NCBI GenBank assembly: GCA_964016885.1
Contig: OZ024741.1
Coordinates: 214,706,001-214,770,000, forward strand
Direction: 5' to 3'
From: Eledone cirrhosa
Taxonomy: Eukaryota
DNA length: 64,000 nt
Positions 31,037 through 44,045 of the stretch are shown here, in pieces. The notes under the pieces are model-generated. The model searched no databases. It worked only from the letters and a program-made list of their open reading frames with translations, and had not been told where the DNA came from. Position numbers and translations under genes: made by a program. Numbering within the stretch: the first letter of the stretch is position 1; each line of letters starts with the position of its first letter.

Positions 31037-31437
31037 TATACTTGGGGAGAGTCATATTGTTGTAATAATATTGCCAGAAATAATAACAGGACACACTCAC
31101 TGTTTGGTTAGTTTTCGCTTCTATATCTTTTATATCTCCATAGTTAATTTATTTGGCAATCAATGTTTATCATTGACAAACGGTTAAAAATATATATATA
31201 AATATATATATACATATATAGTCTAACAAAGTTCTTTTGTTGCACATCTGCAACATCATCAGTGCCAAATAAATTAACTATGGAGATATAAAAGATACAC
31301 AACCGAAAACCAACTAAATAGTGAGTGTGTTCTGTTATTATTTCTGGCAATATTATTACAACGATATGACCCTCTCCAAGTATAACAATATTTGTTTCGA
31401 CACTCGATTTCATATCAAAAACCTTGAAAAACAAATA
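31037..31437. mobile_element. Foldback element (family O)
   Basis: 31037-31158 inverted at 31264-31384; degenerate hammerhead on minus strand 31225-31264; relatives at 35960-36267, 40001-40471 and 56830-57296. Confidence 0.8.
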
Positions 31438-31449
31438 TATACATATTAG

Positions 31450-31492
31450 ACCGAGCTGAGGAACCGAATAAGGTGAAACATTTGTTCTCAGT
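31450..31492 (+). ncRNA. Minimal hammerhead motif (family P)
   Basis: accgag CTGAGGA acc gaataa ggt GAAAC attt GTT ctcagt. Confidence 0.75.
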
Positions 31493-32030
31493 ATGGTGAA
31501 CTAACTGTTGTGAAACTACTTTATATATATATATATAGTAATAATAATAATATTTATACTTATATATGTTTAATATACAATTATAAATATGGAGTGTAGT
31601 ATTAAGTACTGAAATGATATCTTATGTCTATCCTATCTTACATTTTTTCTTGCTTGTAACTTTTCTAGCCTGTACTTTTTGCTTGTACCTTTTGCACTTT
31701 TCACAAGTGCTCCTTGTAATTGTGCTCTCTGAAGCATAACATTCTCTTAACTCCCAATTCTCTACATGATGTCTAGGACACTGACAGCAGTTATGTACCC
31801 ACCTAAATGTTCTGAAGACTAGGATTTTAATCACCTGTTTAGACATTCCCTATGCTCCGATGATTCCAGACATCCCTCTGGCAGAAAACGAAGTTTAGTG
31901 TATAATGAGCTTATTGTTGGAATTATTACTTTTTAGACTACATAGAGTTCTAACAATGTTATTGACACTACCATAGACAGGTAGATACCAGTATATATAT
32001 ACAGGTATCTACCTATCTATGTTAGGGCCA

Positions 32031-32548
<518 letters not shown>

Positions 32549-32563
32549 ACTAATACACACACA

Positions 32564-32686
<123 letters not shown>

Positions 32687-32959
32687 GTTCAACAAATTTA
32701 TTTACATTATTCTTAACTCCGAACCCGAGAATCATTCCTAAATAGAATATTAGTCTAATCACTCCATTTATACCATAAACGTGGTTTTGTCTTTGCGTGT
32801 ATTTGTTGTCAGCGCTCCACATAACGACGTATTATTTTCGCTTTTTTCCGTTCATTGCCAGGGAACGTCTTCACGAACCAAAGTATCGTCTTCCTGTTTT
32901 CCTTCGGTTGCAACGTTTGTCGAAATATTTACTTCTGCGTTCACAAATTGATTTTTTTT

Positions 32960-33010
32960 AGTTTCAGAAGATCCCGTTAAGGGTGAAAGCACCGATTCTT
33001 TGCTTAAACT
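32960..33010 (+). ncRNA. Hammerhead-like fold with CAGAAGA core (family H)
   Basis: agttt CAGAAGA tccc gttaa gggt GAAA gca..tgc TT aaact; same core at 34952-35002 and 38804-38854. Confidence 0.6.
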
Positions 33011-33212
33011 GTAATCTGTTATTTTAATAAATATTTGCACTAGGTTATATATTTGATAGATATTTATCCTTATTGAGCCCTCTTTGGATTTTAGTCTTCA
33101 CATTTATTTAAAAGTTTACATATATATATACATACATATACATATACGTGTTTTGCAACTGGTCACTTTGTGGCTCAATGAAAAATTTATAAATTAAACA
33201 ATCAGAGCTATA

Positions 33213-33613
33213 TATCATAAAACATGTCTATAGAATCACAAGTGTCTAGATAAGAGCGAGCTTCCTGATGAATCCGGCGCTCGAGTTTATATAATTATTA
33301 CATAATTATTGGAAAACTCAAAATACGGACGAAACCATGGTAGAGGTATTTAAATGTATTCTATTTTCTCCTAGTTTATTTTACACCTAATTCTGTTTAA
33401 TTGACTATATCTGGGCGATTACGCTGTCGAAATATTCGATAAATATTCCGCTACGGCCGGCGCGAAGCGCTAGTTTCGGTTATTTGTCTGAGATTTCTTC
33501 ATAGAAGCCTTTTTCTTATAGCCTGGTCTATTCGATTTTTTATATGGTTAATTATGCTAATTGGGAGAGGAAATACTATATATTTTATCTTGTGATTCTA
33601 TAGACATGTTTTA

Positions 33614-33618
<5 letters not shown>
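33213..33618 (+). mobile_element. About 400-bp element with 30-bp terminal inverted repeats (family J)
   Basis: TATCATAAAACATGTCTATAGAATCACAAG at 33213-33242 is inverted at 33589-33618. Confidence 0.75.
33260..33347 (+). ncRNA. Type I hammerhead motif with extended helix II
   Basis: gcttc CTGATGA atccg..gagttt..taattat tac ataatta..aaactc..cggac GAAAC catg GTA gaggt. Confidence 0.85.
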
Positions 33619-33657
<39 letters not shown>

Positions 33658-34452
33658 AAGCAAAATAAAATCGAAAAAAAAAACCATCTTGATTTTATTG
33701 CTCTGAAAAAAGCTCAATGGAAATTAGATATATCTTTGAGTGAAATTGCGTTGATGGAAAATATTTGGAACCCCATCAGATGGTGTGTACCTCTAAGTGA
33801 AAGGGCCAACCATGTCGCACACACAGTGTGTCACACTGAACCTCACTGAGAAATACATTATGGTTATTTGATTCTGTGGAATACTCAGCCACATATACGT
33901 TCTTTTTTGAGTTGGCAGTTCCGTTAATCCAACAACTGGAACACTCATCGCCGAAACAGACGGATATCCAAAGAAAGAATCACATTTACCAATCTATATT
34001 TAAGACTACAAAAAACCAGAATTGCTATTTGCCAATGATCCCAACGACCCAGAGAAATTTTTCCTTTATTTTTATGTCTATAATAAAACTTCCTTTGATG
34101 CCATCAAGACTAATACTATATTTATGTTTAGTTTATATTTATATTATACATTATATCATATAAAATACTTTATACTAGTTACTACTACCGCTAGTACGTC
34201 GTAGTATTATTATTTGGTAATAAAACTTCCTTTGATGCTATTAAGTCTAAAACTAATATTATGTTATATCATGTCATATTATATAATATTATATTATGTT
34301 ATATTATATTATATTTATACATGTTACAACTACTATCATAGTCTATCATAGTATTATTAAGAAGAAATATTGGTAACTTTTTTCTTTTTGCATCTTTTTA
34401 CTTTTCTTTGATTGAGGCTTCTACATTTTATGTGGAATTCGTGATGTTCCCC

Positions 34453-34507
<55 letters not shown>

Positions 34508-34628
34508 CCTGCTATATCAAGCGTTAACCTAATATAACCCTTCCATATACTGTACCGATTGTCTTGTTATTTCTGTTTACGTTTTACATACATACACACA
34601 TACACATATATATATATCCACCCACACA

Positions 34629-34708
<80 letters not shown>

Positions 34709-35019
34709 ATGTATATATATATATATATATGTGTATAAATATATAGTATTAATATATGAGGGAACAAAAATCAATGTTACATCATATACTTATTTAATTA
34801 CGTATTACATATGTTTCACTGTCGATTAGTTCGCTATTTTCCGTTCATTGCCAGGGAACGTCTTCACGAACCAAAGTATCGCCTTCCTGTTTACCTTCGG
34901 TTGTAACGTTTTTCGAAATATTTACTTCTGCGTTTACAGATTGATTTTTTTAGTTTCAGAAGATCCCATTAAGGGTGAAAGCAGCGATTCTTCGCTTAAA
35001 CTTTAATCTGTTATTTTAA

Positions 35020-35051
<32 letters not shown>

Positions 35052-35054
<3 letters not shown>

Positions 35055-35855
35055 TACTTTCAGACGTTCAATCATCTGGCAGAAAGGTATACGATGCTGA
35101 CGATAGCTAATAAGCTTTAAACTAGTACATCGCTTGAAACTAGAACATCGTTCCTGTGTCAGTGTTGAACAAAAGGGCGACGATGGTTGCCTGAATACTG
35201 TACGGCGTAATTCGGGCTGTTTGTTTGTTTACAAACAAACAAACCGAACATTGTAATAAATGTTCGGTAAACCCATACGTACATATATATATGAGTGCAT
35301 GTATGTATATATATATACATACTACTGTACGTCTGTATACATATATGTATGTACGTGTACATACATACGTATGTATACTTTAAGTATCAGCCGTACTAAG
35401 AGTGAGAAATGAAATTTCGTTTCATTCTTTTCCATTTATCGTTTTCGGTGCGCCCGGCCGACTAACTCACTCGATATGCAAATTAGGCTGCTCATCCGTT
35501 AAAATGCATAAGGAAAGTATATACTTTCAGACGTTCAATCATCTGGCAGAAAGGTATACGATGCTGACGATAGCTAATAAGCTTGAAACTAGTATATCGT
35601 TCCTATGTCAGTGTTGAACAAAAGGGCGACGATGGTTGCCTGAACACTGTACGGCGTAATTCGGGCTGTTTGTTTGTTTACAAACAAACAAACCGAACAT
35701 TGTAATACATGTTCGGTAAACCCGTGTGCATATGTGCATATATATACATACTACTATACGTCTGTATACATATATGTATGTACGTATACATACATACTTA
35801 CATTTAAATATCAGCCGTACTAAGAGTGAGAAATGAAATTTCGCTTCATTCTTTT

Positions 35856-35858
<3 letters not shown>
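35052..35858 (+). mobile_element. Tandem dimer of an approximately 450-470-bp hammerhead-bearing unit (family S)
   Basis: 35052-35435 repeated at 35519-35858; hammerheads at 35091-35132 (damaged) and 35558-35600 (acgatg CTGACGA tagc taataa gctt GAAA ctag TA tatcgt); 3' fragment at 6367-6505. Confidence 0.85.
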
Positions 35859-35941
<83 letters not shown>

Positions 35942-36019
35942 TAAATAAATAAATAAATATATAAACAGACTAAATAAAGATGGCGTAGAAATACAATGCA
36001 ACGGGAGGAATCTATAGCA

Positions 36020-36060
36020 CCACTGACGATGTTGCAGATGTGCAACGAAAGAACTTTGAT
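36020..36060 (+). ncRNA. Hammerhead motif (family O)
   Basis: ca CTGACGA tgttgca gatg tgcaac GAAA gaac TT tg; relatives at 40222-40264 (+) and 57036-57076 (-). Confidence 0.7.
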
Positions 36061-36261
36061 AAACTGTATATATGTGTTTGTGTCTATATAGTATCTGTAT
36101 TATTTTTGACCGTTGGTCAGTCAATGGCAACATTGAGGACCGAATAAATTAGATTACGGATATAAAAGACACAGAAGCGAGAAGCGAAAACCAACCAAAC
36201 AGTGAGTGTGTTCTGTTATTAATTCTGGCAATATTACACAAATATGACCCTCCCCAAGTAT

Positions 36262-36338
<77 letters not shown>

Positions 36339-37116
36339 GAGAGAGAGCATCCTCTCAACAAATTACCCTAAAAGCTCGGCCAGTCTGGCTTCGCCTCTAT
36401 ATGGACATGACGAGATTTTTTGGCTATTATTGGGACTAGCTGTTTTTCTCAAATCCTTCTACACACAAATTTTTCTCAAATCCTTCTACACACAAACCTT
36501 AACAATTTTTCTCTTCGCTAATTTTGAAATTGCCACAATACATACATTTCTTCTTTTGACGTTAGAATATTCACCCACAATTATTATTTTTTTCTCTCTA
36601 TCTTCATACATAATTTCCCTTCGTTAATTTTCAAATTCCTTTAATTTATACATTATCTTCCAACGGTTCCCAACCTCTCTATATTAAAACAATATATCTT
36701 TTTCTCAGTTATAAAAAGTATCTCTTTCTCTCTATCACCCATCTCTCCCTCTCCACCTTCACTCTCATCTCCTCCCCCCTTTTTTCATCCTCCCCCCCCT
36801 CCCTAAATAAAATATTTTTCCTCGCACATATCCTCCCTTCGTTAATTTTCAAAATTTTTAATTTATACAGTATCTTCCAACGGTTTTCAACCTCTCTATG
36901 TAAAAAATATATCTCCTCTCAGTTATAAAAACTATCTCTTTCTCTCTATCACCCATCTCTCCCTCTCATCTCCTCCCCTTTCATCCTTCCCCCCCCCCCT
37001 CTCTAAATAAAATATTTTTCCCAATATCACACATCAATCTAAAACCATTTTTCATATGTTGATTTAAAACTGCACTATCCACAAGTGTTTTTTAGCCTTC
37101 ATATCATGTTCTCCTG

Positions 37117-37183
37117 TTTTATCTGATGAAAACACAAATATTATTGCTTGATGATGTTTGTTTTTGAAATGCGCATAATAAAA
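37117..37183 (+). ncRNA. Type I hammerhead motif (family L)
   Basis: ttttat CTGATGA aaacacaaatattat..atgatgtttgttttt GAAAT gcgc ATA ataaaa. Confidence 0.85.
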
Positions 37184-37215
37184 TATATGGAACTCCTTTA
37201 ACCATCTTTTGATCT

Positions 37216-37264
<49 letters not shown>

Positions 37265-37267
<3 letters not shown>

Positions 37268-37630
37268 TAATAAATTTGCACAGCGAACAAAAAACAGAGA
37301 GGCTGTACAAGTGATATTGTTTTTAGTTTCACGCTTGAGAGTGAGGGGGCGAGGACGTTTCGGCATAAGACCTTCATCAGGAGAACAGTGGGTAGGAAGA
37401 GAGTTCCGAGGGTGTGTGGGGGAGTGGTGGAAAGACATTTTTTAAAAAGTGGTGAGAGAAAAAGGAAAAACAATTTTTTAGAGGATAAATAAAAATAAAC
37501 AAGGGGTGACAGGGTGCGAGGCGTGTATGGGTTGGTGGTGGGTGGAGGGTGGCTGGAGAAGGGAGAGGGAGGCAGGGGGGTCTGAGCGGGGAGGGCTGAA
37601 GGTGGTGTTTGTGTATGGGTGTAGGTGTAC

Positions 37631-37661
<31 letters not shown>

Positions 37662-38161
37662 TGAGAGTTGGAGGAAGAGCGAGGATCCATGGTTAGGTGA
37701 AAGGGAAACCGGTGTGTACATGGGGTGGGGTGTAAGTCGGTGTGTGCGTGTGGATGGAGAGGGGTGGGGGAGGGGGGAGTCCGGAGGCTGAGTGTGTGTT
37801 TGTGGGGATACGCACGTGTGTGTTTGTGTTTATATGTGGTGTGGATGTAGGTGGTGTGGTTCGAAAATTGTTATTATTAGTTGTGGGGTGGGCCAATGGG
37901 GTGGGGTGTCAGTGATGTTAGTGAGTGATGTGTGTGTCGGGGGGGGGGGGTCGAAGGGTAAAGGAATGGTGGATGGGGGGTTCAGGCTGGGGGATTTGTG
38001 GGTCTGTAAAGTGAAGATGGTGTGTTGTTCGACCGTGAGGCAGGTGGCGGGTGTGCCATAGCATTGGATCAGGCCACAGACTGTGAGGTGGTGGGTGGAA
38101 TGGGGAGCCAAAGTGGAGGGCGAAGAGGGAACTTCCGCCGAGACGAATACCGTCAGGCGAC

Positions 38162-38165
<4 letters not shown>
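37265..38165 (-). mobile_element. PLE 3' remnant (GIY-YIG C-terminus, long UTR, minimal hammerhead at 37351-37383)
   Basis: LTVCGLIQC....LTVEQHTIFTLQT...SLN resembles Neptune-type endonuclease ends; CTGATGAaggtcttatgccGAAACGTC (helix I poor). Confidence 0.7.
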
Positions 38166-38197
<32 letters not shown>

Positions 38198-38341
38198 AAG
38201 ATTGACTTAGAAACGCAAAATAGTATTTTACAATTAAATAGCTCAAAGAAGGGAAACTCTCCGAGCCGTGTAATATATTTTGCTCATTTGCAATTGGAAC
38301 ATATGTATAGTTATATCTGTGTTCATTCCTCTCATATATTC

Positions 38342-38389
<48 letters not shown>

Positions 38390-38416
38390 ATGTGTGTGTG
38401 TGTGGTGTGTGTGTGT

Positions 38417-39039
38417 GTATATATATAAAACAGAGAATGTCTGTCTGTCTGTCCGATCACTAAGACAAGAGAACCACCCAACCGATTGTTTTCAAACTTT
38501 ACACATGTAATGGTCCTGTGAGTCTTTTCACATTTCAAATATTCAATGCTCTACGGACCGCATTAGGTGATTTAGCGATCTCTCTCTATAATTCTTAGTC
38601 TTTCTCTTTTTAGATAGATACATAGATATAACGTTGCGCCCATATAATATCTGTCTGTATGCCTGGCTGTCTGCATTACGACATTATGACGCGGTGTGTG
38701 TATGTGTGTGTGTGTATGTATATATAAACTGGGTGTGTATGTATATATAGTGCGTAACGTTTTTCGAATTATTTACTCCTGCGTCCACAGATTGATTTTT
38801 TTTAGTTTCAGAAGATCCCGTTAAGTGTGAAATCAACGATTCTTTGCTTAAATTTAATCTGTTATTTTAATATATATTTAATATATATAATTAGATATTC
38901 GTGTACAGATATTTTTGCATACACAATAACAAAATATAAACAAACGAATTTATTTCACGAGGCTCGATAACGATAAATATATATCAAATATATATGAACC
39001 CTAGAGCAAATCCCGAGCAACGCCGGGTCATTCTGCTAG
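38417..39039 (+). mobile_element. Non-autonomous Helitron with nested family H fragment
   Basis: TATATATAAAA...(GTCT)n 5' region; 3' hairpin CCCGAGCAACGCCGGG, 8 nt, CTAG|T. Confidence 0.75.
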
Positions 39040-39236
39040 TATTTAAATAAAATGGTCTGGTTACGTTTGAGACAGCCTATACATATTTTGGCGAACGAAG
39101 CAATCAACACATCGGAGTTGAGTATGTTTATCAAAAGTTTGCCAAATATCATTACGACCAGCAGAATCATGACAAAGACATGTCTAACAAATGAGGTTAA
39201 TAAAATGAAAATCGGCATGGTGTTTCTGTGTGTATT

Positions 39237-39453
<217 letters not shown>

Positions 39454-39506
39454 TATATGTTATAGAATACTATTAGCTTCTCGCTAAAACAATTTCTATA
39501 CCTTTC

Positions 39507-39563
<57 letters not shown>

Positions 39564-39578
39564 CATACATATATATGT

Positions 39579-39720
<142 letters not shown>

Positions 39721-39795
39721 CAATATGTTGAAAAGGTAACACACTAGAGAGAGAATAACGAGAGTCTATGGCTCTGTTAAATACACCAGGATTTT

Positions 39796-39853
39796 TTCAT
39801 TCTGATGATTGAAAGCAAAATTGTTTGCTTTTAAGAAACCACTGGTAAATGGA
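39796..39853 (+). ncRNA. Type I hammerhead motif (family K)
   Basis: ttcatt CTGATGA ttgaaagcaaa attg tttgcttttaa GAAACc act gGTA aatgga. Confidence 0.82.
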
Positions 39854-39946
39854 ATAGTTGCCTTATGTTGTTTATTACATAACTATTAAGCTCTGTTATC
39901 TACATAGAGCACTCTTTTTTCCTGGACTCTTCCGACGGAATTACTT

Positions 39947-40000
<54 letters not shown>

Positions 40001-40005
<5 letters not shown>

Positions 40006-40471
40006 ATACTTTGGGAGGGTCATGTTGCCAATAAGAAACACACGCACCACTTGCTTCACTTCAATTTATTATAATAAATTTATAAATTTAGGAATTTATA
40101 AATTTCCGGTTGGTTGGTTGGTTCCACAACCAGATGGTTGTTTATATAGACACACACAAAAACAAGATGGCGTAGGACAGAACAAAGGAGAGTAACAAAA
40201 AAACAAAGAAAATAATCATCAGTCATTGAAGAGGTCACATAATGTGTGACGAAAGAACTTTGACAATATATAAACAGCCATCTGGTTGTGGAACCAACCA
40301 ACCGGAAATTTATAAATTCCTAAATTTATAAATTTATTATAATAAATTGAAGTGAAAGCTACTGGTGCGTGTGTTTCTTATTGGCAACATGACCCTCCCA
40401 AAGTATAACAATATCGGTTTCAACACACGTTTTCACATAAAGAATCTTGCTAAACAAATTCAGAAACGAAA
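40001..40471. mobile_element. Foldback element (family O subfamily) with two inverted segments
   Basis: 40001-40049 versus 40363-40411 and 40053-40147 versus 40267-40358 inverted; hammerhead 40222-40264. Confidence 0.8.
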
Positions 40472-40493
40472 TATATATATATATATATATATA

Positions 40494-41073
40494 ATAGTCC
40501 TGTCTTCTTGCTCTAATTTTATTCATATGTATCCCATTTGCAACAACGCAGCACTCCATTTTCCATTTTTCATTTATATTTTTCCCTCCGCGTTGACCAG
40601 TCTGTTTCTTTCTTACTGCTATCCTCTTTCTCTTTCCTTTTATCTCTTACCTTCATTCACCCCCTCTGACAGTCACTCTCTCTCGGATGGCCTCTTCCTC
40701 ACACTTTCACTCACTCACTCTCTGCTACCCCCCTTCTCTCACTTCCTCCCGTCTGACCTGTGTGAAATCCTTTTCTCTCTCACATTTCACAGGGTCCGAA
40801 CGCGCCTTTCTCTCCTCGTCCACGATTTGTTCGAACTTAAGTTCACAGATATCTTGGACTTGTTTCTCATCTTCCTCTCTTTCCGTTAGATTACCATCTC
40901 TGTTTGTTTACATGCCTCGCTTTCTCACCCAATTCTACTTGTCCCAATAACTTCTTTTAGTTATTCCTCGCACAAGCCTGAGGTATATGGTCTTTAATGC
41001 GAATAAATACCGATGATGGCTGGAAGATCACTGATGACGGACAGTCCTGTCTTCTTGCTCTAATTTTATTCAT
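40494..41073 (+). mobile_element. Family T unit with about 30-bp terminal direct repeat
   Basis: AGTCCTGTCTTCTTGCTCTAATTTT..ATTCAT at both ends; CTGATGAcggac at 41031. Confidence 0.7.
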
Positions 41074-41092
41074 ATATATATATATATATAAT

Positions 41093-41249
41093 ATAAGATC
41101 AAAAGATGGTTAAAGGAGTTCCATATATTTTATTATGCGCATTTCAAAAACAAACATCATCATGCAATAATATTTGTGTTTTCATCAGATAAAACAGGAG
41201 AACATGATATGAAGGCTAAAAAACACTTGTGGATAGTGCAGTTTTAAAT

Positions 41250-41252
<3 letters not shown>
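41093..41252 (-). mobile_element. Family L copy with intact hammerhead at 41128-41194
   Basis: Near-identical reverse complement of 37059-37219. Confidence 0.85.
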
Positions 41253-41292
<40 letters not shown>

Positions 41293-41425
41293 TATACATG
41301 TATATATAAATATATACATGTATATATATATATATATATAAATAAATATATATATAATTATATATATATATTTATTATGTAAATGTATATATCTATCTAT
41401 ATACATATATTTATTTATATATATG

Positions 41426-41535
<110 letters not shown>

Positions 41536-41999
41536 AACGCACACACACTTATATATATATAGAGAGAGAGAGGGAGAGAAAGAAGGAGAGAGAGAGACCA
41601 CGTTAATAATATATGCAAACATATATACAAATACGTACAAAGACATGTATTTGTTTATACAGCCATACACGTAAAAAATAAATTAGAGAAAACAATATGG
41701 CGGCAATTGAACCGCAATAAGGCTGCTAGAGGTTCAGATTCAAAGTAAAGTTGAATCACTTGGAGCCGCCATTTTTATTGAGGAGTGAGAGATTATTAAC
41801 TGCAATAAGACCATAGATCTACTGTCTAATATGTCGTTAAGACTACAAAGTAGAACATTGAACGAAATATAGCTACACCAGGCTATTTTGCTATATTAAA
41901 TATATTAATGTGTCGGCTAGTCTGCTGTGATTTTCATTCATTTAGCTACGTACACAACGATGTATATAAATGTGGTTCCTATATGTGTGTATGTATGTA

Positions 42000-42055
<56 letters not shown>

Positions 42056-42084
42056 GTATGTATATATGCTTATGTATGTATATA

Positions 42085-42162
<78 letters not shown>

Positions 42163-42181
42163 GTATGTATATATGTTTATG

Positions 42182-42227
<46 letters not shown>

Positions 42228-42285
42228 TATATACATATGTATATATATATACATACATATATATATGTATGTATGTATGTAAGTA

Positions 42286-42330
<45 letters not shown>

Positions 42331-42400
42331 ATATGTGTATATATATGTATGTATATGTATATATATAGAGAGATATGTATATATATATATATATATGTAT

Positions 42401-42504
<104 letters not shown>

Positions 42505-43444
42505 TATATAGTTACATATATTTAAACCATACACGCACATACATACACAAGTGTGTTTGTGTGTGTAAGTTGGCGGCTGTGTGTATGCGGGTGAATATGT
42601 TTGTATATATAATTTTGCATCTAATATATATATCAAGTTTGTCGATTTAGTTTATGTTCATTTATTATTGTTGCTATTATTATTATTATTATTGTTGTTG
42701 TAGTTGTAGTAGTAGTAGTTGTTTAGGGTTTTGTTGTTGTTGTTGTTTTCGATTTTTTTTCTTTCTACATAAAAATACCTTGAAATATATGAAATATATA
42801 GAGGGGAGGTCATTTTCTGTTGATCGCTTTGACCTACACACATGAATATCAAAATCAACAAACAGCAATATTGACCAGAACAATACCAACAGCGACAACA
42901 ACATCTAAAAATCATAAGAAAAATATTCGAAACATGTGTATGTGCCTGTGTTTGGTGTCTGTGTGTCTGCGTTTGTGTGTGTGTGTCTGTGTTTGTGTGT
43001 CTGTTTCTCTGTTTGTATGTCTCTGTTTGTGTGTCTGTATTTGTGTGTCTGTGTTTGTGTGTTTGTGTTTGTATGTCTGTGTATGTGTGTGTGTCTGTGT
43101 CTGTATGTCTGTGTTTGTATGTCTGTGTTTGTGTGTCTGTGTTTGTATGTCTGTGTTTGTATGTCTGTGTTTGTGTGTCTGTGTTTGTATGTCTGTGTGT
43201 GTGAGTCTGTGTTTGTATGTCTGTGTTTGTGTGTATGTGTATGTGTGTGTGTCTGTGTCTGTATGTCTGTGTTTGTATGTCTGTGTTTGTATGTCTGTGT
43301 TTGTATGTCTGTGTGTGTGAGTCTGTGTCTGTATGTCTGTGTTTGTGTGTCTGTTTTTCTGTCTGTCTCTGTGTTTATGTGTCTGGCTGTATGTGTAAGT
43401 TTCGTCTTAACAAAGGTCCGTTTTTATGAAGCTATTTCATAACT

Positions 43445-43712
43445 CAGGCTCAGACTCAGAAGCTCCCGCGTCTTGCGACGCATGAGGCAATCATAGTGTT
43501 CCACCGCGTTCGGTCAGCAGCCAGTTGCACAGCGTCCCGCCATTGTCTGTTTGTCGCTCGCAGGTCCCTCTCAACTGTCTGGCGCCAGTTCATATTGAGT
43601 CGCCCTCTCCGTCTGCTTCCCTGCGGGCTCCATTTAAGTACTTGGTTCGCCAGTCTCTCCGGGGGAAGTTTCAAAGCCTGTCCAAACCAGCCCAGGCGTC
43701 GCTTGCAGATGG
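43445..43712 (-). mobile_element. RTE-clade LINE 3' remnant
   Basis: RRRLGWFG....W.PQGSRRRGR...W....DR..W; (CTGAG)-type tail. Confidence 0.8.
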
Positions 43713-44045
43713 TAGAAGAGACATACTTTTAAACCCAACAGCCATTTCTTCTATACTACCCTTACCTTCTCACACTAAAGCCCACTTCACTAACCAGCTT
43801 CTGTACAATAATAATTCATCCTCCTAATCAAAGCCTCTAATGACTGTCCAAATATATTTAAGCTGAAAATTGTCTATTCTACCACAACAATAGGGGTTTA
43901 CTCGTCCCTATATTTAGTCAAGTCACCATATCTAAATACCGACCATAAAATATGACCAAAATAAACCCTTACCTACATCTATTTTGCTTTATAACCTCAG
44001 ATATTTCTGTATTTTTAGTGTAGTGTACGTATGTATGTATGTATG

